Positions 1 to 9,880 of a stretch of 64,000 nucleotides of DNA are shown here, in pieces (positions within the stretch are counted from its first letter, which is position 1; the number at the start of each line of letters is the position of its first letter). Below the pieces are notes generated by a model. That model saw only the letters and a list, made by a program, of their open reading frames with translations. It was not told where the DNA came from and searched no databases. Position numbers and translations under genes: made by a program. The DNA is from an uncultured Chloroflexia bacterium (GTDB taxonomy: Bacteria; Chloroflexota; Limnocylindria; QHBO01). The stretch spans positions 16,121 to 80,120 of the forward strand of contig CAVRFT010000002.1 of the NCBI GenBank assembly GCA_963720505.1. Direction: 5' to 3'.

Positions 1-22
1 GCTGGCCGATGCGGTGCGCGAC

Positions 23-3000
23 TCAGGCTCCTGCATGGACCACCTTCTTCGCCTCGCGCAGCAGCGCCGATGCCTCCTTCGCCTGCTTCGACAGCCCCGC
101 CGCCTTGAATGCTCGGCCGCCAGCGTCAGCCGCTCGGTCGCGCCGGCCGCGTCACCGCGATCGCCGCAGCACGGCGCCCCACGCCAGGTTGGTGTGCGCC
201 ACCTCCAGCACGCAGCCGCCTCCCTCGAACAGCTCCAGGGCCGCGGCCAGGTGCTCGTCGGCGGCCGCAGCATCCGGCGAATCCTGTCGAGCCAGGGCCA
301 CGCCCCATGTCCGTTGCGCCACCCCCTCGCCGAAGACGCCGCCGATGGCGCGCGCCTTCTCGATGGCCGCCTGTGCGCGGGCCACGGCCTCGTCCAGCCG
401 TCCCGCGGTGAGGGCCGCCTCCGCGCTGCCCGCCGCGATCCAGTCGGCCGCCACCAATCGGCCTCCGATCTTCTCCGCCTCCGCGCTGGACTCGGCGACG
501 AATTGCTCGGCCTCCTCGAACTGTCCCAGCAGTCCGAGCGCCCATCCCTGGTAGCCAAGGCCCACTGAGATCATCAGGGAGTTACCGGCCAGGCGGCCGG
601 TCTCGACGGCCAGGCGCGACCCTTCGCGGAACGCCTCCAGGTCACGGGTCAGGTACGCCTGGAAACCCAGGACGATGTAGCAACCGGCCAGAATGGTGGG
701 GCTCTTCGTCTGCTTCGCCCGTTCCACCGCCGCGTGCTCCTCCGCCAGGCCGTCTGCTGGCTTGCCGGACGCGGTCACCGCCACGCCGTGATACGCGATC
801 GAGAAGGCCAGATCCAGCCACTCGCCCGCCTGCTCGAGCGGACCGATGGCGCCCGCCAGGATGGGGATCGCCCGGTCGAAGTGGCCCTGCACCACCAGCG
901 CCCGCCCCATGACGGCCATGGGAATCGCCACCAGTCCGGGGTCGGCCAGCTCCTGGCCGACCGACAGCACCTGCTGGAAGTAGCCGATGGCCTCACGGGG
1001 CTCGTCGCGGTAGTAGTGGATGCGGCCGATCCAGTACTGGACGCGGGCCAGCCGCACGCGGTCGGGTCCCGGTCCGCCATCCGCTGCGGGCAGCGCCCGG
1101 GCCACGGCCTCCGCCTCGGCCAGCTTGGCCAGGTTGCGCCCCGGATCCTCCGCTCCCCATGACACGACCATCTGCTGTACGACCAGGTCCACCAGCTGAC
1201 GGCGGATGTCATCCGTGGGCGGCAGGTTGGTGAGCGCCTGCTCGGCGGTCGTGTAGTGCAAATAGGCCTCGGGGTAGGCATGCAGCCGTACGGCCGCGTC
1301 GCCGGCGGCCACGGTAATAGGCATGGGCCTTGTCCCAGATCTCGCCGTGCAGGAAGTGGCCGCCCAGGATCGCCTGGAACTCGCCGATGCGGTCGCCCAC
1401 CAGCTCCTCCAGCGCCAGGCCCACCCGCGCGTGCAGGTCACGGCGTTGCGCGGCGGACAGGGTCTCGTAGGCGACCTCCTGGGTCAGCGCGTGCTTGAAG
1501 ATGTATTCCAGCTCCGGATCGCGGCGCAGCTCCCGGATGAGCTCCTCGCGCTCCAGGTGCTGGAGCTGCGACTCGAGCTTCGCCACGTTATCGGCCAGGC
1601 GCTCGAGGACGCGTTCCTGGAAGATGCGCCCGATCACCGCCGCTTCCTGCGCCGTCCGTCGCGTGTCGGGCGCCAGCCGGTCAAGCCGGGCCATCAGCAC
1701 GCCCTGCAGCGTGTCCGGCACGGTGACGCCCTCCATCTTCGGGGTGACGACCCAGGCGTCGCCCTCGTGCGCGCGCTCCAGGCCACCGCGCTCGATCAGC
1801 GTCCGGATGACCTCCTCCACGAAGAACGGGTTGCCCTCGGCCCTGCCAACGATCAGGTCGCGGACCGACGACGGCAGCGCCTCGGCGCCGGCCAGCAGCT
1901 CGCCGACCAGGCTGACCGCCGACTCGCGCGCCAGCGGCAGCAGGTCGAGATGCGTCAGGCGGTCGGCGTACTGCTCGGTCACGATTGGCAGCAGTGGCAC
2001 GTCGCCCTCGCCGCGGCGGAAGACGCCCACGATCGCCAGCGGCACCTCGCGGACGAGCGGCAGCAGGTGCCGGATCAGCTCGATCGAGCTGTCATCGGCC
2101 CAGTGCAGGTCCTCCATGGCCAGGATCGTCGGCCGCTGCTTGGCGAGCCGCCGGATGAGGTCCTCGACCAGCGCGAATAGCCGCTCCTTGGTGGCCTGCG
2201 GCGTCAGGGCGGCCAGGTGCTTCTCCTCATCCTCCTGCAGGCGCATGCCCAGCATGCTGGCCACCAGCGCATCGGCCTCCAGGCCTCCCGGCAGGACCCG
2301 ATGCAGCCCCTGGCGCAGGCGCGAGCGCGCGCGCGCCTCCGAGTCTTCATCGGTGATGCCGGCGTAGCGCCGGCTCAGGTCGGCGAACGGCCCATACGGC
2401 ACGCCGGTGCTGCCGGAGTACGAGCGCCCCTCCAGCCAGCGAATGTCCCTGCCCAAGCGACCGATGCCACTCAGCCATCAGCCGCGACTTCCCAATGCCG
2501 GCCTCGCCGGTGACGATCACGACCTGGCCGCCGCCGGCCCTCAGCTGCTCCGTCACGTGCTGGAGCTGCTCGAACTCCAGCGAGCGGCCGACCATCGCCG
2601 CCGCCAGGCCCTGGACGCCGCGGCCCTGGCCCGGGAAGAGCCGCGCGCGCTGCAGCTCGAACACCGTCACCGGGTCGCGCTTGCCCTGCACCTTGATCGG
2701 CTTCAAGCGGCGGAAGTCGAATGCCTCGCGCGCCAGCCGCTGGGTGCTCTGACTGACCAGGATCTGGCCGGGCTTGGCGGCGACCTGCAGCCGCGAGGCG
2801 GTGTTGACGGTGTCTCCGGTGACCGAGTACGCGCCGCCGCGGTCGGCCGCGATCTGGCCGGCCACCACCGGCCCGCTGTTTACGCCGATGTGGAGCTCCA
2901 GCGTCTGACCCAGCCGATCGACCCAACGGTCGTTGATGCCCTCCATCCGCTCCCGCATCGCCAGCGCGGTGCGCAGCGCGCGCTCCGGGTCGTCCTCGTG

Positions 3001-3471
3001 GGTCAGCGGCGCGCCGAACAGCGCCACGACCGCGTCGCCAACGAACTTCTCCACGAAGCCTTCATGGGCGTAGACGACCGACGCGATCTGGTCGAAGAGG
3101 TCGTCCTGGAACTCGCGAATCAGCTCCGGGTCGAACCGTTCCCCCAGCCCGGTGAAGCCATGCAGGTCCGCGATGAGGACCGTGATGTTCCGACGCTCGA
3201 CCTGGGATCGGGGGGCGGCGGCGGTGCGACGCGCCTTGTCGGCCAGTTCGGCGGGCACGCGTGCCTGCAGAGCGGAGAGGGCCTCCTCTTCGGTGGTGGC
3301 CGCGGGCCGGTCACCGGTTGCGGACGCGTTCTGCGCCTGAAGCAGGTCGAGCTGTGCCTGCAGGACCGATACGGCGGCGTCCACCGCCTCATCGCCCACC
3401 ACCGGCCGCAGCTGATCCTGTGCCGCGATCGCCGCTTTCAGCTGTTCGATACGGTCGGCAACCAGCGTCAC
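23..3471 (-). CDS. Class III adenylate/guanylate cyclase + STAND AAA ATPase + TPR protein (SWACOS-type); split by about 3 indels
   Basis: ORFs 2347-3471, 1209-2456 and 152-1441 join into one protein. Motifs: cyclase LIADLHGFT/EKFVGDAV/GDTVNTASRL, Walker A GEAGIGKS, Walker B MEDLHWAD, GNPFFVEE, then TPR-like helices. A shifted frame continues to TGA at 23-25. Confidence 0.9.
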
Positions 3472-3527
3472 GTCGTGCTCCCTCGCAGGCGCGTCAGCCT
3501 ATCGGTCCGCCTGACCCGAGGCAAGCC

Positions 3528-5946
3528 TCAGGCGCCTGAATCGGTTGCATCGTTGCGGACGAGGCCGCGCTCCAACGCGATGGTCACGATCCCGATGCGG
3601 CTGTCGGCCGCCAGCTTGTCCTTGATGTTCGCCACGTGGACGCTTGCCGTCTTTCGGCTGATGAAGAGCTCCTCGCCGATCTCGGCGTTCGAGCGGCCGG
3701 CCACCACCAGCGCCAGCACCTCGCGCTCGCGTGGGGTCAGGTCGAAGGGTGATCTCGGCGCGGCGTCAGGTGCGGCAGTTTCGTGTAGCTCCGCTGTCTG
3801 TATCGCCAGCTCGGCCGCATCCAGTGCCTGCTCGAGGGTTGGAACGCCACCGGGGGTTGGCGCCTTCTCCGGCAGCGGCGGATGTCCACCGAATCGCTGG
3901 CGCACCCAATCCAGGGGGTATGCGAGTGGCGGATCCATGCCATGTAGGACTGCGAGGTGCTCGGCGGTCAGCCATGTCGCACGCGCCTCATCCGCAACTC
4001 CGACCCTGTCGAGCCATGCGGCAACGCTGGCCAGGCTTCCAATCAGGTCCGGCATGGCTCCCGCCTCGCGCGTGATTCGAACCCCCTCGAGCAGCGAGGA
4101 TCGCGAACCCTCGAAGTCGCCGTTCTCCAGCTGGCCAACACTGAGGGGCAACAGCAGGCTGCCAAGGAACGCCCGCTCACCCCACTCACGCGTCAAGCGG
4201 ACGGACTCCTTCCAATATTCCAGCGCGGCGTGACTATTCCCGGAGTCCCACTCGACACCTCCCAGGTGATTCAGGCTGAGGGCGACCCGCTGCAGGTCGC
4301 CAGCCCGCTTGGAGGCGTCGATCGCAGCAAGCAACAAACGGCGTCGATCCGCGAGCCGGCTGCTGTCGACGTGGCTGAGGATCACGGAACGCGCGTACGT
4401 GAGCCGGCCCTCCAGGTCCGCGTAGCCCTTGCTCTCGGGCGATCGCCAACCCTCGTTCGACAGGAGCTGTAGCCAGATCGTCATCACCCAGGTCGGACAA
4501 GGTCGATCCGAGGTGGTAAAGGGTGTCCGCAATGCTGCGCCGGTCGCCAAGCTCTTCAAAGAGTTGGAGCGCCTGCTCCAGTAGATCCCGGCCTCCTGCG
4601 ACATCGCCGCCCACGGCGTCCAGCCAACCGGCCGTCATCAACACCGCGGCGCGCGACGAGGGCGCGGCATCGGCGCTGCCTGTGAGAGCCTCCATGAGCC
4701 AGGTGCGACCCTCGCTGATGCTCCCGTAGTAGCGCCAGTAGGTGCCCATCGGGGCGGCGAGCCGGCACAGTCGCTCTGAATCGCCGCTGTCGGAGAGCCG
4801 GGCGCGAGCGGCACGAATGTTGTCGAGGTCCTGGTTCAACCGTGCCAGCCAACGCGCGTGATCCGGTCCCTGGAGTCGTGACCCGGCGGACTCCGCCAGC
4901 CGAATGCAGAAGTCCGCATGCCGATCCCGAGTCTGGACAACATCGGCCTCCGAAAGCTCGGCCAGCCCAAACTCGCGGATGGTCTCGAGCATCGAGAACC
5001 GCGGCTCACCATCGCTGCCGACGGATGCAATCACCAGGTTGTGATCGACAAGGAGACCAACGGCGTCCAGCAGCAATGCGTCGTCGCTGTGCGAAACAGC
5101 CTGGATGCCCTCGAGGTCGAAGCCGCCGACAAAGACGGCGCAACGGGAGAACAACAAGCGCTCGCCCGCGGGCAGCAGGTCGTAGCTCCACGCGATGGTG
5201 GCGCGGAGGGTGCGTTGGCGGGCCGGCGCATCAGCCGCCCCTCCAGTCAGCAGGGCAAGTCGTGCCCCCAAGCGCGCCAGGATAGCGTCGGGCGAAAGGA
5301 CCTTCAGGCGGGACGCAGCGAGCTCGACCGCAAGCGGCAGTCCGTCGAGCTCACGGCAGATTTCGGCCACAGCGGTGGCGTTTTCGTCCGTCAGCTGGAA
5401 GTCCGGTCGCACCGAGCGCGCCCTCCCAAGGAAGAGCCGCACGGACTCGATATCCTTCAGATTCTCGGCCGATCGGGCGGTTCCACTGGGAGGCGTTGCG
5501 AGTGGCGGGACCGGATACTCCTGCTCCCCCACTAGGTGCAACGGCACGCGGCTCGTGACGACGACACGTAAGGACGGCGTCGCATCGAGCAGCATCCCCA
5601 CCGTCGGGGCAGCGGCGGCAATCTGCTCAAAGTTATCGAGCAACAAGACTGTTTCACGGCGCCCCAATCGCTCGCTGACGACGGTCATTGGATCGATGGC
5701 GCTCGATTCCCGAACTCCCAGTGCTGCGCCGATGGCGGGCAACAGTTGTTTTGGATCTAGAACCGAAGCCAGCTCGACAATGTGGCGCGGTCGCCGGTCT
5801 GAAGGGGTCCCGATCGCCTCCACCGCCAACCGAGTCTTACCGATACCACCGGGGCCGGTCAGCGTGAGCAGCCTGGTCCCCTCCAACAGGCGTCGGACCT
5901 CCGCTATCTCGCGCTCGCGGCCGACGAACGCGCTTCGCCACTCCAC
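3528..5946 (-). CDS. STAND/NB-ARC-like ATPase + TPR + LuxR HTH transcriptional regulator; one frameshift near 4400
   Basis: GPGGIGKT P-loop, LLLDNFE, LDGLPLAVELAA; C-terminal LTPREREVLALVVAGRSNAEIGEELFISRKTASVHVANIKDKL. Confidence 0.9.
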
Positions 5947-5988
5947 GGGCGAAGTCTAAGCGCGGCGATCCGGAACTAAGACGCGAGA

Positions 5989-6045
5989 CTCAGAAATGAG
6001 TCAGGCCCTAAGGCGCGTCCCGATGTGTCCAGCGCGGCTTAGGCC
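5989..6045 (+). promoter_or_regulatory. Putative LuxR-type operator/promoter motif CTCAGAAATGAG...CCTAAGG-N3-GTCCCGATGTG...CTTAGG
   Basis: Inverted CCTAAG (6007) / CTTAGG (6038) half-sites. The same core recurs on the minus strand near 35080-35100 and 35950-35970. Confidence 0.6.
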
Positions 6046-6097
6046 GAGGGTGTGCAGCCAAGGGCAGCAGCCCGAACACAAAGCGGAGGACACGGAC

Positions 6098-6553
6098 ATG
6101 GTTGCATCTCAAGGGACGCTTCAGCGGCCAAGCGCACGACAGGCGAGCGGCTGGGCCGCTCTCGTGGTCGCGGGGTTCATGGTTGGTCTGATCGTCGCCT
6201 ACGCGATTACGCTGGGACCGCTCGCCCAGAAGTCGCCGGCCACCGGAGGGCCTGCGGCACCGAACGACGCCGGCCAAAGCGCATTTGCCGCCTACCAGCA
6301 CACGGTTTCCAACCTGGCTGCCGCCGTCCAGCGCCATGACTGGCAGTCCATTGCGCGCTTCCAGTCACAGCTCGAAGGCCAGATCGGTGCGGAAACGATT
6401 GGGGCGGTCTATGCGGAGCGATCGCGTCTGCTCGGCAACCTGGCCGCCGCCGAACAGCGACACGACGTGCGCATGGCTCTTGCGTTCCGCCAGCAGATAG
6501 ACGACTTGTGCCCGGCAGCGCAGGTCAGCAGCGCGCCGGCGTTCTGCCGATAA
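6098..6553 (+). CDS. Hypothetical single-pass membrane protein
   Basis: GGAGGA SD at 6085, hydrophobic segment, two internal repeats (NLAAAVQRHD / NLAAAEQRHD). Confidence 0.65.
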   Translation: MVASQGTLQRPSARQASGWAALVVAGFMVGLIVAYAITLGPLAQKSPATGGPAAPNDAGQSAFAAYQHTVSNLAAAVQRHDWQSIARFQSQLEGQIGAETIGAVYAERSRLLGNLAAAEQRHDVRMALAFRQQIDDLCPAAQVSSAPAFCR

Positions 6554-6674
6554 CCCGTCCCTCCGCCGGGAGCCGAGTGGTTGGCACGCAGCCAGCCACT
6601 CGGCTTTTCTCTGTCCGAAGCCTCTGATTGCTTCGCCGATGTGACGCTTCTCCGTCCCTATTGCACGCGGCAAA

Positions 6675-7094
6675 ATGAGTTTCGTTACCAAGCCGCCGCC
6701 AGCCTGGATGATTCGCTTCAACGCGGCCCTGCTACGTCGAGGGCTCAGCGTCGGCTCCCAGTACCTGCTTTCTGTTCAAGGGCGCAAGAGCGGCGTGATG
6801 CGGAGCACGCCAATCTCAATCGCCACGGTCGATGGGGTCCGCTACATCGTTGCGGCATTCGCTGACGCCGCATGGGTGGGCAACGTTCGCGCCGCCGGCG
6901 AGGGCGTACTGAGCCGAGGGCAAAACGAAGAACGCGTCAAGCTCGTCGAGCTTCCTGTCCTAGAACGGGGGCCGATTCTCCGAGCCTTCATGGCGCAGGT
7001 TCGTGGTGGGGTGCGGTTCTTCGGATCGTCCGATCCAAGCGTCGTCGCGGCGGAAGCCGCTCGCTATCCGGTCTTTCGGCTCGACTCCTACTGA
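6675..7094 (+). CDS. Deazaflavin (F420)-dependent nitroreductase-family oxidoreductase
   Basis: LLSVQGRKSGVMRSTP, AAWVGNVRA and C-terminal YPVFRL are typical of the DDN family. Confidence 0.8.
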   Translation: MSFVTKPPPAWMIRFNAALLRRGLSVGSQYLLSVQGRKSGVMRSTPISIATVDGVRYIVAAFADAAWVGNVRAAGEGVLSRGQNEERVKLVELPVLERGPILRAFMAQVRGGVRFFGSSDPSVVAAEAARYPVFRLDSY

Positions 7095-7222
7095 GATCCT
7101 GCCCGGCGACGCCAGCCGCGAGCAAAGGCACCTTTTCCACGCCAGACCTCAGGTGTAGGGTGCGTGTGCGCACGGTGCGTCCGGGCACGGCGGGCCGATG
7201 CGCCTGCAGAGGGAGGAATCTC

Positions 7223-7744
7223 ATGGGCACGCCCACCCTTTTGACCGCTGTCCGGCGCCCGCTGCCATTGATGTTGGCAATCGCCCTGGGGCTGATGCTG
7301 ACCGCATGGGTCACTGGAACGGCACGCGCCGGCGGTAACTGCTCAATCTCGGTTGATCCCGACACTGTCCCCGTCGGCGGCCAGTTCGTCGTATCGGGCA
7401 ACTTTGGGGCCGGCGCCGAGGTCCACCTCGTGCGCGGCGAGAATGCCAATCCACCGGAGGACAGTCAGCCGGTGTACACGTCCCCGCAGAACCGAAGCAG
7501 CTTCCAGGCGACCATCACGATGGGACAGGGAACCGACGGCGTCTGGACCGTGTGGGGCATCCTTCCCGCCACGGAGTGCGGCGACTCCGCCGTGGTGACC
7601 GTCACCGGCGTCCCCGACACGGCCATGGATGCGAGCGGGTGGCCGCTGGCGACTGCCGTCGGTGCTCTCCTGCTTGTGCTCGCCCTGCTCCTAGGCGCCG
7701 CCGCTGAGAATCAGGTAGAGGCCAAAAGCAAGCGCCGCCCATAG
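7223..7744 (+). CDS. Secreted protein with C-terminal VPDTA-TM-basic tail (putative sortase-type sorting signal)
   Basis: GGAGG SD at 7212, signal peptide ending TARA, VPDTA at 7610-7624, hydrophobic helix, KSKRRP tail. Confidence 0.75.
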   Translation: MGTPTLLTAVRRPLPLMLAIALGLMLTAWVTGTARAGGNCSISVDPDTVPVGGQFVVSGNFGAGAEVHLVRGENANPPEDSQPVYTSPQNRSSFQATITMGQGTDGVWTVWGILPATECGDSAVVTVTGVPDTAMDASGWPLATAVGALLLVLALLLGAAAENQVEAKSKRRP

Positions 7745-7921
7745 CAGGAGCGAGACCCCGGTCAAGAGCGTCCATAGCAGGAGATGCCGGCCCATGCCGG
7801 AATGGTCGACCGTCCGGGAAGGTAATGGCCCAACCGTACTAGCCGATCGAATATCACCGTCCGTACACTCGTTGGCCCACGCGCCGTGGAGAGGACGGAA
7901 GGTCCATGCAGCGAGTGAAGC

Positions 7922-8217
7922 ATGACTGACGAAGATCTGGTCGATCTGCGCGCTCAAGCAGCAGCCGGGGATCTGGACGCCGTCGCCCAACTGTCGAGCT
8001 CGCCGGCGAGCGAGGCGACCTTGACGAGCTACGCCGCCTCGCAGCAGATGGCAACACAGATGCCGTGGACCTGCTCGTCGAGCTCGCCGGCGAACGGGAG
8101 GACTTCGATGAGCTTCGGCGTCTCGCGGCGAGCGGCAGCACGGACGCGGCAGATGTGCTGGCCGAGCTCACCGACGACGAAGAAGACGACGGCGGAGACG
8201 CCGACGACGGCGAATAG
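7922..8217 (+). CDS. Small acidic protein with about 25-aa helical tandem repeats; frameshift near 7990
   Basis: Reconstructed as ...VELAGERGDLDELRRLAADGNTDAVDLLVELAGEREDFDELRRLAASGSTDAADVLAEL, followed by an acidic tail. Confidence 0.7.
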
Positions 8218-8221
8218 TCGG

Positions 8222-9793
8222 TTACGCCGCGCCCGTCACCTCGAACAGCTGCCACTCACCGGGCACGCCGCGCAGCGCGTGGGTTCCGGCGTCACGCAGC
8301 GCCAGCTCGCCTTCGAGCTCGTCCGCCAGGTCGCGCGACAGCATGACCTGGTCCGCGACCGGCCTCGGCCATGACCCGCGCGGCGGCATGCACGGCCAAT
8401 CCGGTGACCTGCTCGCCGCGCATCTCCACCTCGCCGCAGTGCAGGCCGGTCCGGACGCTCAGCCCCAGCTCCTTCACGCCATCCCGCATCGCCACGGCGC
8501 ACTCGCACGCCGTTCGCCGGTCGGTCGAACACCGCGAAGAAGGCGTCGCCAGCCGTGTTCACCTCACGACCCCGATGTCGCCCCAGCTCGTGGCGCACCA
8601 TCGTCCGATACCGGCCCAGCACCTCGCGCCAGCGCTCGTCGCCCAGATCCACGATCGCCTGCGTCGACTCCACGATGTCCGTGAACAGCAACGTCAGGCG
8701 CGCGCGAGCCGGCAGGACCCGGTCGACCAGCGGCTGGACCGCGCGCCGCATCGGTCTGAAGGCGAGCCCGGCCGCCAATCCCAGCGCCAGCGGCAGGAAA
8801 TCGGAGGTCTGGTTGAACCAGGCCACCATGGCGCGTTGGGCCAGCACGTCCACCACGCCGATCGCCACCAGCAGCATCCCGGTCACCGCGCCGTACACGA
8901 TGGTGCGGTTCAGGAAGAGATCCAGGTCGTACAGGCGGTAGCGCAGGATCGCGATGCCGAAGGACAGTGGCAAGGCCACGCCGAAGCCCAGGATGTTGAC
9001 GAACGTGATGACCAGCCCGGCCGTGGTCTGCTGCAGGAAGAAGATGGCGTAGATGGCGCCGCCAAGGCTCGCCAGGATCGAGAAGATCGCCGCATAGACA
9101 ATCCACCGCATCTGAAGCCGCTCGTCCCCGGTCGCACGCCGTAGACGGAAGACCAGTGACGAACCGCCGACCAGCAGGAGGCCCAGCCCGCCCAGGAAAA
9201 GGGCGGATCCGATCGCTCCCTGATTGACGCCCGCCAATGCCGGCACGCCCGTTGGGTTCGCGACAAACGGAACCCCTGGAAAGAAGAGCGCGTTCGGGTC
9301 GAGGATGATTGCCAGCACCAGTAGCGTCGTGACAGCAACGCCCGCCCACTGCACCAGCCTCCACCGTGAAGAGAGGAGCTGGCCGTTCGGCATGCGGATG
9401 ATGGCCGCCAGCGCCAGGCCGGCGGGATAGACCAGACTCGCGGTCACGTAGCCGATCCACGAAATCCACGGCGAGAACGGGGCGCCCGGTTCCGTGACCA
9501 AAGCGAAACGGGTGTACTGCGACGTCAGGCCTGGCAGTCCGTTGCAGAACGAGATCGCCAGGAACAGCCAGCCCAGCGCATTGCCCGGCTGCCGTGACGC
9601 GACCAGGCCGCCCAGGATGGCGAAGCCGATGGGCAGCACGATCTCGATCGCGTTGGCCTCATCGACGTCGTGGATGGCGTCGAGGTTGACGATCGCCAGC
9701 CCGATGGCGCCGGCCACCACGGCCAGGGTGATCAGGCAGATCCCCCACGCCAAGCCGCGCGGTCGCCCGATTGGCGCCGACCTCGCTGCTCAT
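8222..9793 (-). CDS. Multi-TM membrane protein with C-terminal Rv1900c/LipJ-like class III cyclase domain; frameshifted
   Basis: About 8 TM segments, then LLFTDIVEST, EVNTAGDAFF, GLHCGEVE and GLAVHAAARV. Confidence 0.85.
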
Positions 9794-9880
9794 CGGCCCC
9801 ATCATGCCCCGCGGAACGTCACCGTGAGCCAGCAGTTCTGAGCGCGTCGCCAACGCGTCCGCGTGGCGTAGGGTTCGCAA

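Noticed and set aside
7691-7795. 34-aa minus-strand hydrophobic ORF (MGRHLLLW…)
   Set aside because: Overlaps the 3' end of the VPDTA protein and has no clear SD; may be an antisense artefact.
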